64,000 bases of DNA from assembly GCA_044507065.1 (NCBI GenBank), contig JBIQJY010000006.1, positions 723 to 64,722 of the forward strand, read 5' to 3'. The translations under genes were made by a program, and so were the position numbers. This stretch comes from Acidobacteriota bacterium. Lineage in GTDB: Bacteria; Acidobacteriota; Vicinamibacteria; Vicinamibacterales; SCN-69-37. Of the stretch, positions 39,501 to 52,040 are shown piece by piece. The first letter of the stretch is position 1. Every line of letters starts with the position of its first letter. Below the pieces are notes generated by a model. That model did no database searches. It saw nothing but the letters and a program-made list of their open reading frames with translations, and was not told where the DNA came from.

Positions 39501-41041
39501 TGGATCCGGCCGAACGGCTCGCCGAACTCGAGCAACTGGCCCGGCAGGGTGGGGGCGAGGCGCGCCGCCGTCGGCAGCACGACGCCGGCAAGCTGACGGC
39601 GCGCGAGCGCATCGATCTGCTGTTCGATCCTGACAGCTTCGAGGAGATCGATCGGTTCGTCACGCATCGATGCCGGGACTTCGGCATGGATGCCGAACTG
39701 ATTCCGGGTGATGGCGTGGTCGCCGGGCATGGCCGCGTCGACGGCCGCCCGGTCTACGCCTTCGCGCAGGACTTCACGGTCTTCGGCGGGTCGCTCTCCG
39801 AGACCAACGCCGCGAAGATCGTCAAGATCATGGACCTTGCGGTGCGGATGGGCGCGCCCATCGTCGGCCTCAACGATTCGGGCGGCGCGCGCATCCAGGA
39901 AGGTGTCGCCTCGCTCGGTGGCTACGCCGACATCTTCCTCCGCAATACCCTCAGCTCGGGCGTCGTGCCGCAGCTGTCGGCCATCATGGGGCCGTGCGCG
40001 GGCGGTGCCGTGTACTCGCCAGCCATCACCGACTTCACGGTGATGGTCGAAGGGTCGAGCTACATGTTCGTGACGGGGCCGGACGTCATCCGGACCGTCA
40101 CGCACGAGGACGTCACCAAGGAACAGCTCGGCGGCGCGATGACGCACAACGCCACCAGCGGCGTTGCGCAGTTCGCCGTGCCGGACGATCGCGCCTGCCT
40201 GCAGCTGCTGCGCGAGCTGCTGGGCTACCTGCCCTCGAACAACCTCGACGACCCGCCCTTCGGACCGACCGACGACCCGATCGGCCGCGAAGACCCCGCG
40301 CTCGATGATCTCGTCCCTCGGCAATCGAATCAGCCCTACGACATGCTCCAGCTGATTCACGCCGTCGTCGACGATGGGCGATTCCTGGAAGTGCACCGGC
40401 ACTTCGCGCGCAATATCGTCGTGGGGTTCGCCCGGCTCGGGGGGCGGTCGGTGGGCATCGTCGCCAACCAGCCGGCCGTGCTCGCCGGGTGCCTGGACAT
40501 CGACGCCTCCGAGAAGGCGGCGCGATTCGTGCGATTCTGTGACGCGTTCAACATCCCACTCGTCACGTTCGAGGACGTGCCCGGCTTTTTGCCCGGGGTC
40601 GCGCAGGAGCACGGCGGCATCATTCGCGCCGGCGCCAAGTTGCTCTACGCCTTTGCCGAGGCAACGGTCCCGAAGATCACGGTCATCACGCGGAAGGCCT
40701 ACGGCGGCGCGTACTGCGTGATGGCCAGCAAGCATCTGCGGACTGACTTCAACTACGCGTATCCGACGGCTGAAATCGCGGTGATGGGGCCGGAAGGCGC
40801 GGTCAACGTCCTGTACCGGCGGGAACTGGCGGCCGCCGCCGACCCGGCCGCCGAGCGGGCGCGGCTCGTCGCCGACTTTCGCGACAAGCTGGCCAACCCC
40901 TTCGTCGCCGCGGCCCGCGGGTTCGTCGACGCGATCATCCGGCCGCGCACCACACGGGCGACGCTCATTGCCGCGCTCGGGCGCAGCGCCAACAAACGCG
41001 AGCGCATGCCGGCGCGCCGCCACGGCAACATTCCGCTGTAG
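39500..41041 (+). CDS. Acyl-CoA carboxylase carboxyltransferase (beta) subunit, propionyl/methylmalonyl-CoA type
   Basis: [44 protein letters not shown] and [13 protein letters not shown]. 513 aa. TGATG overlap with the upstream stop. Confidence 0.9.
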   Translation: MDPAERLAELEQLARQGGGEARRRRQHDAGKLTARERIDLLFDPDSFEEIDRFVTHRCRDFGMDAELIPGDGVVAGHGRVDGRPVYAFAQDFTVFGGSLSETNAAKIVKIMDLAVRMGAPIVGLNDSGGARIQEGVASLGGYADIFLRNTLSSGVVPQLSAIMGPCAGGAVYSPAITDFTVMVEGSSYMFVTGPDVIRTVTHEDVTKEQLGGAMTHNATSGVAQFAVPDDRACLQLLRELLGYLPSNNLDDPPFGPTDDPIGREDPALDDLVPRQSNQPYDMLQLIHAVVDDGRFLEVHRHFARNIVVGFARLGGRSVGIVANQPAVLAGCLDIDASEKAARFVRFCDAFNIPLVTFEDVPGFLPGVAQEHGGIIRAGAKLLYAFAEATVPKITVITRKAYGGAYCVMASKHLRTDFNYAYPTAEIAVMGPEGAVNVLYRRELAAAADPAAERARLVADFRDKLANPFVAAARGFVDAIIRPRTTRATLIAALGRSANKRERMPARRHGNIPL

Positions 41042-41085
41042 CGCGTGATCCGGTTCCTTCCGGGCGCCGCGACGCATATCGACAC

Positions 41086-42593
<1,508 letters not shown>

Positions 42594-42597
<4 letters not shown>

Positions 42598-43118
42598 CAC
42601 TCGACATCGAGATCGGCGGGCGGTTGTACCGGGCGTCTGTCACCCGTGCCGGGCGCACCGATGGCAGGCTCGAGGTGACGCTGCAGGCGCACGATGATCC
42701 GGAGCCGTCGCCCCCGATGCTCCTCGACGTGCGGGAAACCGACGTGGGCCTGTCGCTGGTCGACGCCGATGGGCGCGTGATCGATGCCGCCCTCGCCGAG
42801 CGCGCACGTGGTGAGTGGCTCGTCCAGCTGCCTCATGTCGACGTCGTGGCGCGCCTCGACGGGCGGCGGGCGCACGGCGGCGGCGGAGAGGTTCAGGGCA
42901 CAGGTCCGTACCGGCTGTCGGCTCCAATGCCGGGCCGCATCGTTCGCGTCCTCGTGCGGCCCGGCGACGAGGTGACCGTCGGGCAATCGCTGGTCGTCAT
43001 CGAAGCCATGAAGATGGAAAACGCACTGACGGCGCAGCGCGGCGGCGTCGTGGCGGAGGTCGCCGTGGCCGAGGGCGCGTCAGTCGAGTCCGGCCGCCTG
43101 CTGGTCACCCTGGAATAA
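42594..43118 (+). CDS. Biotin carboxyl carrier-like protein
   Basis: The C-terminal biotinyl domain has VVIEAMKMEN (biotinyl-Lys). ATGA overlap with the biotin carboxylase gene. I do not recognise the N-terminal ~100 aa. Confidence 0.8.
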
Positions 43119-43176
43119 GGGCTGCGGAAGCCCTGTACGGCCGGCCTCGCCCGGCGCCCTACGATAAAGTGAACCC

Positions 43177-46100
43177 GTGAGCGAAGCGCCACCTCCGCCC
43201 GAGGATACCGCCGTCGAGGCGCAGGGGACCGATCGGTCGGCGCGGCGGCGTCGGCACGTCATCCTGCGCTGGATGCGGCGTGCGCTCGCCGTCGTGGTGG
43301 CGATCACGGCCGCCGTCGTGGTGTCGTTCTTCACGATGGACCTCGGCCGGTTTCCGCAGATCAAGCGGATGGCAGAAGAGCAGGGAAGCCGCTTCCTCGA
43401 CCGCCCGCTCCACATCGGCCGCATTTCCGCCCGCATCACGCCAGGCGCCTTCACCATCGAAGACATCGTCATCGAAGGACGGACGCCGCAGGATCGTCCG
43501 TTCATGACGATCGATCGGGTACGCGTCAACGTGCCCTGGTGGACGATCTTCCGTCGTGAAGTCCACCTGAACCTGCGACTCGACGGGTGGGCAATGGTCG
43601 TCGAGTCGTGGGACGGCGGCCACAACGTGCCGCGCCTCACGGGGCCGCCGCGGCCGCCACGTACCGGGCCGCGCACGTTCACGACCACCGTCGACTACGC
43701 GTTTGCCCACGGAGGCCACTTCATCTACGAGGACCACGCCACGCCGTGGAGCGTGGTGGCCCCGAACCTGACCTTCGACTTCGCGCGCGCAACGGCGCTG
43801 CAGGAATACGTGGGTCGCGTGGGGTTCAAGGGCGGTGTCGTCCAGATCCAGGACTACCAGCCGATGGCCACCGATCTCGAGGCCCGGTTCGCGCTCGACG
43901 GATCCATCGTGCGCCTGCGCCACATCGACCTGATCGCCGATGGGAGCGTGTCCCAGGTCAATGGCATGGTGGACATGAGCCAGTGGCCCAACCAGATCTA
44001 CAACGTCACGTCCCGCGTGGATTTCGCGCGCATGAAGGAGCTGTTCTTCACGCGGGAAACGTGGCGCCTTGCCGGCGAAAGCGCCTTTGTCGGCCAGTTC
44101 GCGCTGGGGCGGGACGGCGTGCGCGACCTGACGGGCCGCTTCACGAGCGACGCCGCCGTGGTCAACGACCTGGCCTTCACGAACCTCGACGGCACGCTGA
44201 CGTGGAAGCCCGAATTGTTCGCCGTGACGCATGCCGAGGCCGATCTGATGGGCGGCCGCACGACGTTCACCTATTCGTTGTCGCCGCTCGGCACGCCCAA
44301 CCCGGCCACGGCGAGTTTCGACGCCTCATACGCCGGCGTCGAGCTGTTCGAGCTCGATCGGCTGATGGGACTGCGTGGCCTGCGACTGGCGGGCACGGCC
44401 GACGGCACGCTGTCTCTGGCCTGGCCGAACGGGAGCATGTCGTCGGGCCGGCGCGGCTCCGGCCGCACCAGCATCACGCCGCTGCCCGGCACGCCCCCAC
44501 TCGCGCCGGAAGGTTTGCCCGACGTGCCGCTGGTTGCGGCGTTCGAGCCCCAGCCGTTCGATTCGAGTCCGCGCAGTACGCCGCTCGCCATCGGCGCCAG
44601 TCTCGAGTACACGTTCGAACCTGGCGGCATCACGTTCGCCGACAGCCGAGTCGCGACGTCGCACTCGAATATCGCGTTCTCCGGCCGCATGGCGCCGGAT
44701 GGCTCCAACGTGTTTCCCTTCCATGTCACGAGCCACGACTGGCAGGAAAGCGACCGGTTGCTGGCGGCCATCATGACCGCGGTCTCCGGGCCCACGCGCG
44801 CCATCGAGGTGGGCGGCCGGGGCAGGTTCGACGGCGTGATGACCGGGGCGTTCTCGTCTCCGCGCATCGAGGGCCACTTCGATGGCGAGTCCATGCGCGT
44901 GTGGGACGTGACCTGGGGCACGGCGACGGCCGACCTCGTCATCGAGCGCGGATACGTCGACATCACCAACAGTCACATCACGCGAGACGGTGGGACGATC
45001 ACTTCGGACGGACGGTTCGCCCTCGGCTTCCGCAATGACGACGCCGAGGAGATTCGCGCACACGTGCGACTGACTGGCTGGCCGGTCTCCGATCTTCGAC
45101 ACGCCTTCGGTCTCGACGACTGGTCGATGGACGGCACCATTGGCGAAACCGACCTGGATCTCAGCGGGCAGTATCGGAACATGTTCGGCTCCGGATCCAT
45201 CCGGATCGACGATGGGCGGGCGTGGGGCGAACGATTCGAGGTCGCCACGGCCGACCTCGAACTCGAGGGGACCGGCATGCGTGTCCATCGCCTCGAGATC
45301 CAGAAGGGACCGGGCCGCGTTTCCGGCGCGGCCCACGTGGGCTGGGACGGTACCTACGCGTTCAATGCGGAAGGAGTCGGCGTGGCGGTCGAGAGCCTCG
45401 ACAATTTCCGCCTCGAGGAGACGCCGCTCACCGGGCGCCTGCGTTTCCGTGCGACCGGGGCCGGGGAGTTCGAATCGCCCACTTATTCGTTCGATGCCTC
45501 GATCGGCGACCTGTTCGTCGGCGACGAGGGGATTGGAGCGGTCACCGGACGGGTGGCAATTGCCAATGAGACGATGACGATCGAGCGGCTCGTCGCCGCG
45601 TCCAGCCGCCTGCAGGTCGTCGGCACCGGTACCATCGGCTTCGACGAACGTTACACGTCGGACCTGCGCCTGCGGTTTCAGGAAACCGCCCTCGACCCGT
45701 ACCTCAAGTTCGCGATGACCACCGACATTTCGCCGTACACGCGCGCGGTTGTCGGAGGCACGCTGTCGGTGGCGGGCCCACTGGCCGAACCGCTCGAGCT
45801 GACGGTCGATACGGTGGTCGACGAGGCGACGCTCACCCTGTACGACTACGACCTGACCAACAACGGACCCATTCACCTGCGGTTCGCCGACGGGCGTCTG
45901 GGCATCGAGTCGCTGGAGCTGCGCGGCAGCGATACGAACCTCTCGCTCGGCGGATCGGCAGATGCACGCGGGAGGACGTTCGACCTGGCCGCCTCGGGCG
46001 ACGCGAGCCTCTCGATCCTGCAGCTCTTCTTCCAGGGACTGACGTCAACCGGCGCCGCGCGTCTCAACGCGCGATTGTCGGGCCCCTTCGATGCGCCGCG

Positions 46101-47310
46101 TCTCACCGGCGAGGCGACGGTCGCCGACGGCCGGTTGCGCCCGCTCGAGTCGCCCCACAGCCTCGAGGCGCTCAACGGGCGCATCACGTTCGGTGCCAAC
46201 GCCGTCAACCTCGAGCGGATGACGGGGCGCATCGGCAGCGGTGACGTGACGTTCGGCGGCAGCATTGCGCTCGACGGCTACGCCGTCTCGGAGTTCAACC
46301 TCACCGCGCGCGGACGGTCGATGCGCCTTCGGTATCCGGAGGGCTTCAACTCCACGGTCGACATGAATCTGCTGCTCACCGGCCCGCTCCACGCGCCGGT
46401 GGCCACCGGCACGATCGACGTGTTGCGCGTGGCGTTCGCCGGTACGACACAGGGCAGCGGCCTGTTCGGCCTGCCCACCGGAGGCAGCACGTCGTCGGTC
46501 GGCTCGCCGTCGCTCGCCCCGGCGAGCCAGGGGACCGGCCTGGCGCTCGATATCCAGGTCGTTGCGCCGCGCATGCCGTTCATCAACAACAACGATGCGC
46601 GGATCGAAGGCACCGCCGACCTGCGGGTGCGCGGCACGTTCGATGCGCCCACGATCGACGGCCGTATCGATATCGTGGGCGGCGAGGTGGTCTTCAACGG
46701 CAATCGGTTCTACCTGCGCGAAGGCGGCGTGAACTTCCTGCCCAACCAGGCCGATCCCGTCTTCGACCTGGCGGCCGAGACGCGCGTGCGCGCCGCGGGG
46801 CAGACGTTCACCGTGAACGTCACGGCGGGCGGCACGCTGGGCAGTGCGAGCGTGCAGGTGCAGTCGGACCCGTGGCTGCCCGAAAGCGACGTCTACTCCC
46901 TGCTGATGGGCGGCATCCCCGATCTCGGGATGGCCGAGGAGCGCTCGCTGCGAGCCACGCAGGAGATGCAGCAGCAGATGCTGCAGACGGTTGGCGCCGC
47001 GCTGCTGGCCCAGCCGATCACCTCGCGGGTCGGCAACGTCGTCGAACGCACGGGCGCTGTCGATACCGTGCAGATTACGCCCGTGCTGCTCGGCGAGCAG
47101 GCGTTCCAGCAGGTGAATCCCATGGCCCGAATCACGTTCGGCAAACGGATTTCCCCGCGGGTATACCTCACCTATTCGCGAACGCTGGGCGGGCTCGAGG
47201 AAGAGCTGATCATGCTCGAGTACGACCAGAACGACAGGTTGTCCTGGGTCCTTTCGCGCAACGAAGACCGGACGTTCGCGCTCGATTTCCGCATCCGGTA
47301 CGTCTTCTGA
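43177..47310 (+). CDS. tamB: TamB/AsmA-like translocation and assembly module protein
   Basis: 1377 aa with an N-terminal anchor helix (LAVVVAITAAVVVSFF) and a long beta-rich body. The C-terminus is DUF490-like: RISPRVYLTYSRTLGG...LEYDQNDRLSWVLSRNEDRTFALDFRIRYVF. Confidence 0.85.
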   Translation: MSEAPPPPEDTAVEAQGTDRSARRRRHVILRWMRRALAVVVAITAAVVVSFFTMDLGRFPQIKRMAEEQGSRFLDRPLHIGRISARITPGAFTIEDIVIEGRTPQDRPFMTIDRVRVNVPWWTIFRREVHLNLRLDGWAMVVESWDGGHNVPRLTGPPRPPRTGPRTFTTTVDYAFAHGGHFIYEDHATPWSVVAPNLTFDFARATALQEYVGRVGFKGGVVQIQDYQPMATDLEARFALDGSIVRLRHIDLIADGSVSQVNGMVDMSQWPNQIYNVTSRVDFARMKELFFTRETWRLAGESAFVGQFALGRDGVRDLTGRFTSDAAVVNDLAFTNLDGTLTWKPELFAVTHAEADLMGGRTTFTYSLSPLGTPNPATASFDASYAGVELFELDRLMGLRGLRLAGTADGTLSLAWPNGSMSSGRRGSGRTSITPLPGTPPLAPEGLPDVPLVAAFEPQPFDSSPRSTPLAIGASLEYTFEPGGITFADSRVATSHSNIAFSGRMAPDGSNVFPFHVTSHDWQESDRLLAAIMTAVSGPTRAIEVGGRGRFDGVMTGAFSSPRIEGHFDGESMRVWDVTWGTATADLVIERGYVDITNSHITRDGGTITSDGRFALGFRNDDAEEIRAHVRLTGWPVSDLRHAFGLDDWSMDGTIGETDLDLSGQYRNMFGSGSIRIDDGRAWGERFEVATADLELEGTGMRVHRLEIQKGPGRVSGAAHVGWDGTYAFNAEGVGVAVESLDNFRLEETPLTGRLRFRATGAGEFESPTYSFDASIGDLFVGDEGIGAVTGRVAIANETMTIERLVAASSRLQVVGTGTIGFDERYTSDLRLRFQETALDPYLKFAMTTDISPYTRAVVGGTLSVAGPLAEPLELTVDTVVDEATLTLYDYDLTNNGPIHLRFADGRLGIESLELRGSDTNLSLGGSADARGRTFDLAASGDASLSILQLFFQGLTSTGAARLNARLSGPFDAPRLTGEATVADGRLRPLESPHSLEALNGRITFGANAVNLERMTGRIGSGDVTFGGSIALDGYAVSEFNLTARGRSMRLRYPEGFNSTVDMNLLLTGPLHAPVATGTIDVLRVAFAGTTQGSGLFGLPTGGSTSSVGSPSLAPASQGTGLALDIQVVAPRMPFINNNDARIEGTADLRVRGTFDAPTIDGRIDIVGGEVVFNGNRFYLREGGVNFLPNQADPVFDLAAETRVRAAGQTFTVNVTAGGTLGSASVQVQSDPWLPESDVYSLLMGGIPDLGMAEERSLRATQEMQQQMLQTVGAALLAQPITSRVGNVVERTGAVDTVQITPVLLGEQAFQQVNPMARITFGKRISPRVYLTYSRTLGGLEEELIMLEYDQNDRLSWVLSRNEDRTFALDFRIRYVF

Positions 47311-50240
47311 TGGGATTCCGGCGCCTCTGCCATGCCGCGGTCGTCGTGGCGCTGCTCGTGCCGGCCATGGCCGTCGGCCAGACGCCCGCCGACGTTATCG
47401 GTCAGCGGGTGGTGGGCCTTCGGTTCGAGGTGGAGGGGCGCGTCGATACCACGCCGACGCTCGTCGAGTTGTCGGCCGTCCGCGTTGGCGAGCCGCTGCG
47501 ACGCGAGGACACGCGCGCCACGATCGCCCGCCTCGACGGATTGGGGCGGTACGAGGGCATCGCGGTGGACGCCCTCCCGGTCGAGGGCGGTGTCGAGGTG
47601 ATCTTCCGCCTGACGCCGCGCCATCCGATCACCTCGCTCGACATCGTCGGAAACACCGGGATTCCGGCGTCGACGCTGCGTCGGCTGCTGCAGCAGCGGT
47701 ACGGTGGCGTGCCGACGTCGGCGCGGATCTCGGCGGTCGAGAGCGTCACGGCGCAGTTCCTGCGCGACGAGGGATATCTCGATGCCCGCGTGACGGGTCG
47801 AACGGAACTGACGCACGATCCCGATGCCGCCTCGTTGATTCTCGACATCGAAGCCGGGCCGCAGGCTGCCATCCGCTCGGTGGACGTGCGCGGCGTCTCG
47901 CCGCTCTCGGTCGAGGAAGTCGTCCGTCGGTCGCGGACCGGCGTGGGCCAGCCCTATCGCCCGCGGCAGATCGAGGCGGCACTGACCGAGATCGAGGAAG
48001 ACCTGCGCCGTCGCGGTCACTACGAGGCCCAGTTGACGATGCAGGTATCGGTCGAGGCGCTCGACGGGGTGGCCATCCTCATTGGCGTGGATGCCGGGCC
48101 GCGCGTCGAAGTGCGCGTTACGCCGCAGGGGGCGCTGCCAGGCCGCGTCGACGAACTGATTCCGCTGCGCGCCGCCGGGTCGGCCGATGAGGATCTGCTG
48201 GAGGATTCCCGGGCACGTATCGAGCGTGCCCTCCGCGCCCAGGGCTACTGGCGGGCGCGCGCACCGTTCACCCGCAGCACCGAGCAGAACGGGGCGTTGC
48301 TCGTGATTACGTTCACGATCGATCGCGGCCCGCGCTACTACGTCGAGCGCATCGACCTCCCCGAAGGCACGTCGATGCCGGCGGCCGACATCCGTGAACT
48401 CATCGGCATGCGGCCGGGCGACGTGTTCGACGAAGACCGATTTCTGGTCGGCCTCTCGCGGGTCGTCGACGCCTACCGTCGCGCCGGTCACTACGCGGTC
48501 CGCGCCGAGCCGACCTACGAGGATGTCGCGGGCGGATCCGCGTCGAGGGCCTCCGTCATCCTGCATCCCACCATTACCGAAGGGCCGGCCGGCATCCTCG
48601 AGGCCGTGAACTTTTCGCTGGCGGGGACGCCGCTGGTGTCGGAAGCGACGCTGCTCGACGTCATGACGTCGCGCGTCGGACAGCCGTACGTCGAGCAGGA
48701 AGCCGCCCGCGATCTGTCGGCCATGCGCGCGCTGTACCTCGACCGCGGGTTCCCCTCGGCCGCCGTTGCCGTCGACCCGGTGTTCTCGGAGGACGGGCGT
48801 TCGGTCACGCTCAACGTGCAGGCGAGCGAAGGGACACGCGTGCTCATCGGCGATATCTCCGTCGTCGGCAACGAGCGGATCGCCACACGCGTGATTCTCG
48901 ATGAACTGCGCCTCACGCCGGGCCAGCCGGCCGGCACGACCGCGCTCGACGAGGCCCGACGGCGGCTGATCGACATGGGCGTGTTTCGCCGCATCACGCT
49001 CTCGGTGGCGGACCGGGCGCCGGGCGAATCGATCGGGCACGTGATCGTCAACGTGGTCGAGGCGCCGCCGACCGCGGCGGGGATCGCCGCGGGTCTCGAG
49101 GCGTCGCGTTACACGCGCGGGTTCACCGACCGGCTCGAGTTCGCACCGCGCGGGTCGTTCGAGATCAGCCGGCGCAGCCTGGGCGGCCGCAACCGGACGA
49201 TCAGCTTCTTCTCGCGCGTGAGCCTCAGGCGTGACGACCCCGATCCCGAGGATGCCGCCGATCCAGATGCGTCGGGGGATACGCTGGGGTTCACCGAGTA
49301 CCGGGTGGCTGGCACGTTCCAGGAACGGCACGCGTTCCGGTCGGACACCGATCTGCTGCTGGGTCTCGCATCGGAGCAGGGGCATCGCACGAACTTCAAT
49401 TTCATCCGCCAGCGCGCCAACGCCGAAGCCCTGCGCCAGCTGGGCGATGACCTGTCAGTGTCGGGTCGCTATGCGCTGGAGTTCACGCGGCTGTCGAACC
49501 TGCGCATCAGCGAAAGCGACAGGCCGCTGATCGACCGGCTGTTCCCGCAGGTCCGACTGTCGATGCTCTCGAGCGGCATCTCCTGGGACCGGCGCGACAA
49601 TCCGATCGATCCCACGCGCGGCACGTTCGTGACGGCGGACATCGAGGCGGCCGCGCGCACGATCGGATCGCAGGTCGGCTACCTGAAGGCCTTCTTCCAG
49701 ACCTCGGTTTTTCGGGGCGTCGACGCCGGGGCGAGGACCGTGGTCGCCGGGCGAGCCATGATGGGCCTCGCGCGCGGCTTCGAACGTGTGGTGGAAGTGG
49801 TGGATCCGGTCACGGGCCTCGTCACCCAGGCAGCCGTCGAGGATCTGCCGGCCAGTCAGCGATTCTTTGGCGGTGGCGCCACGACGGTCCGCGGGTTCCA
49901 GCTGGACCGCCTTGGCGTCGAAGAGATCCTCACGCCAGAGGGCCTGTCACGCGGCGGCAACGGCATCGTGGTGTTGAACGTCGAGGTGCGGCGCATCCTG
50001 ACGCGGCTGTACGGGCGCGACCTGGGCGTCGTGGCGTTCCTCGACGGCGGCAACGTGTTTGCGCGGGCCACCGACGTGGATTTCACGCGGCTGCGTGCGG
50101 CACCGGGCTTCGGCCTGCGTTACGACTCGCCGCTCGGACCGCTGCGGCTGGACTTCGGCTTCAAGATACGCCCGAAGACATTCGACGGCCGCCGTGAGAA
50201 CGGATGGGAGTATCACCTCAGCATCGGGGAGGCGTTCTGA
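47310..50240 (+). CDS. Omp85-family outer-membrane assembly protein (BamA/TamA-like), 976 aa
   Basis: It has a signal peptide and several POTRA-like repeats (e.g. GEPLRREDTRATIARLDGLGRYEGI...). The C-terminal barrel ends GWEYHLSIGEAF (terminal aromatic residue). TGATG overlap with tamB. Confidence 0.85.
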   Translation: MGFRRLCHAAVVVALLVPAMAVGQTPADVIGQRVVGLRFEVEGRVDTTPTLVELSAVRVGEPLRREDTRATIARLDGLGRYEGIAVDALPVEGGVEVIFRLTPRHPITSLDIVGNTGIPASTLRRLLQQRYGGVPTSARISAVESVTAQFLRDEGYLDARVTGRTELTHDPDAASLILDIEAGPQAAIRSVDVRGVSPLSVEEVVRRSRTGVGQPYRPRQIEAALTEIEEDLRRRGHYEAQLTMQVSVEALDGVAILIGVDAGPRVEVRVTPQGALPGRVDELIPLRAAGSADEDLLEDSRARIERALRAQGYWRARAPFTRSTEQNGALLVITFTIDRGPRYYVERIDLPEGTSMPAADIRELIGMRPGDVFDEDRFLVGLSRVVDAYRRAGHYAVRAEPTYEDVAGGSASRASVILHPTITEGPAGILEAVNFSLAGTPLVSEATLLDVMTSRVGQPYVEQEAARDLSAMRALYLDRGFPSAAVAVDPVFSEDGRSVTLNVQASEGTRVLIGDISVVGNERIATRVILDELRLTPGQPAGTTALDEARRRLIDMGVFRRITLSVADRAPGESIGHVIVNVVEAPPTAAGIAAGLEASRYTRGFTDRLEFAPRGSFEISRRSLGGRNRTISFFSRVSLRRDDPDPEDAADPDASGDTLGFTEYRVAGTFQERHAFRSDTDLLLGLASEQGHRTNFNFIRQRANAEALRQLGDDLSVSGRYALEFTRLSNLRISESDRPLIDRLFPQVRLSMLSSGISWDRRDNPIDPTRGTFVTADIEAAARTIGSQVGYLKAFFQTSVFRGVDAGARTVVAGRAMMGLARGFERVVEVVDPVTGLVTQAAVEDLPASQRFFGGGATTVRGFQLDRLGVEEILTPEGLSRGGNGIVVLNVEVRRILTRLYGRDLGVVAFLDGGNVFARATDVDFTRLRAAPGFGLRYDSPLGPLRLDFGFKIRPKTFDGRRENGWEYHLSIGEAF

Positions 50241-50746
50241 TGACCAAGTCGCTCCTTCTGGTTGGCGCGATCGCGTGCGCGGCCGGTCTGCTGGCCGTAC
50301 CGCGCATGGCCCAGGCGCAGGTCGAAGTCGATCGCGTGGTGTCGCGAGTGAGCGGCCGCGTCATCACGCTGTCGGACGTTCGCCAGGCGAGCATGCTTCA
50401 CCTGGTCGGCGACACGTCGTCGGATGATGCCGTGCTGCGCGCGCTCGAGAACCGGCTGCTGATTCTCGATGAACTCTCCAGGGCGGCGCCGCTGCCGCCG
50501 GCGACCGACGAGGATCTCGGCGCGCGACGCAGCGAATGGCTGGCGGCGCTTGGCGGCGCGGATGCTGGCGCGCTGCTGGTTCGCGCGGGCATGGGCGAGG
50601 CCGATCTGAGCGCCTGGATGCGCGATGACGTCCGCATCAACGCCTACCTGCGTCGGCAGTTCGGCATGCTGACGGGACCCGAGCGCGAGAAGGCTACCGC
50701 CGACTGGGTGGCCCGGCTCCGACAGCGTGCCGACCTCCAGCCGTGA
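50240..50746 (+). CDS. Periplasmic SurA-N-terminal-domain-like chaperone without PPIase domains (168 aa)
   Basis: It has a signal peptide. VDRVVSRVSGRVITLSDVRQ and LENRLLILDEL resemble the SurA N-domain, and the C-terminal helix is WVARLRQRADL. TGATG overlap with the Omp85 gene. Confidence 0.6.
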   Translation: MTKSLLLVGAIACAAGLLAVPRMAQAQVEVDRVVSRVSGRVITLSDVRQASMLHLVGDTSSDDAVLRALENRLLILDELSRAAPLPPATDEDLGARRSEWLAALGGADAGALLVRAGMGEADLSAWMRDDVRINAYLRRQFGMLTGPEREKATADWVARLRQRADLQP

Positions 50747-50771
50747 CGCGCCGGCCCGACGGCCGACGGTG

Positions 50772-52040
50772 TCAGCGTCTACGGCGTGCGGCGATCAACT
50801 CCCGATAGAGGTCGATCTGGCGCCGGGCGAGTACGGGCCACGCGAAGTCCTGCTCCACGATCTCGCGGCTGCGGTGGCCCATTTCGACGAGGCGGGACGG
50901 GTTCGATGCGGCATCCGCCAGCGCCGTGGCCAGTGCACCCGCATCGTCGGGAGGCACGAGCCAGCCGTTGATACCGTCGCGGACCTTGTCGGGTAGCCCG
51001 CCGGCGCGTGATGCCACGATTGGGCGTCGATGGCCCATCGCTTCGAGCGTCACGAGCGAGCTGCCTTCGTACCGGGTCGGGTGCACGAATACGGACGCAG
51101 CCTCGTACCAGGCATGCAGGTCGGACTCGCTGGCTCGACCTGTCAGCACGAGCCGATCGGCGATGCCGTGGCGTTCGGCAGCCTGCTCGATCTCACGCCG
51201 GTAAGGTCCGGTTCCGACGATCACCCACTTCCATGGCCGATCGGCCAGCCCCGCCTGCGGTGCGGCCCGCCCGAGCGCCTCGGCCAGAACGTCGAACCCC
51301 TTGTTGTATTCGAGGCGTCCCACGCTCAACCAGACGAGGTCGTCGCCGCCGATACCGTAGCGTCCACGAATGAGGCGGCCCTCGGCGGCCCCGGCCATTG
51401 AACCGAGTTCCATCAGGTCGATGCCGTTCGGGACCGTCCACACCTGATCGGGGCGCGGCTTCAGGTGCCGGGCGACCGTGGGTTCAAGCGCGACGTCGGT
51501 GGCGATGATGCGGTCGGCCCGTCGCGCCGCACGCCTGACGGCCCACCGCAGCGGCGTGTAACCGATGCGCTTGAGCGCCGCCTGGGTGGGCGCCGTGGCG
51601 CCGAACTCCTCGAGGCCCTGCGGATTGAGGACGAGCGGCACGGTGTGACGCCCGACCGTGGCGCCGAGCAGGCTGGCCCCGAATCCGTGGATCAGATCGA
51701 CTTGCCCGGCGCGCGCCAGCCGCAGTGCGGCACGGCCCGCGCGCAGGCCGTAGAGCAGGTACGACGTGGACCGATCGAGCACCGTGGTGCCCCGGCGATT
51801 CGCGCCGGGAAATGTCAGGTAGGTGACGTGGCGGATGTGGATCCGCGGTGATGCAAACGGATCGTCCGGATGTTCACGGTTCACCGTGGGCGGCGGAACG
51901 ATGAGCGTCACGTCGACGTCGTAGCCGGCGAGATGGCGCACGAGGTCGCGGACCGAGCGCTCGAGCCCGCCCGGGCGATGCAGCGGCATGACGGCGCGGG
52001 CGACGACCGCGACACGCAGGGGCGAGGCGATGTCAGGCAT
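50772..52040 (-). CDS. Glycosyltransferase family 4 (GT-B)
   Basis: The N-terminus is VAVVARAVMPLHRPGGLERSV. The C-terminal EX7E region is HPTRYEGSSLVTLEAMGHRRPIVAS. Start at the internal ATG 52040. Confidence 0.85.
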   Translation of the reverse strand: MPDIASPLRVAVVARAVMPLHRPGGLERSVRDLVRHLAGYDVDVTLIVPPPTVNREHPDDPFASPRIHIRHVTYLTFPGANRRGTTVLDRSTSYLLYGLRAGRAALRLARAGQVDLIHGFGASLLGATVGRHTVPLVLNPQGLEEFGATAPTQAALKRIGYTPLRWAVRRAARRADRIIATDVALEPTVARHLKPRPDQVWTVPNGIDLMELGSMAGAAEGRLIRGRYGIGGDDLVWLSVGRLEYNKGFDVLAEALGRAAPQAGLADRPWKWVIVGTGPYRREIEQAAERHGIADRLVLTGRASESDLHAWYEAASVFVHPTRYEGSSLVTLEAMGHRRPIVASRAGGLPDKVRDGINGWLVPPDDAGALATALADAASNPSRLVEMGHRSREIVEQDFAWPVLARRQIDLYRELIAARRRR

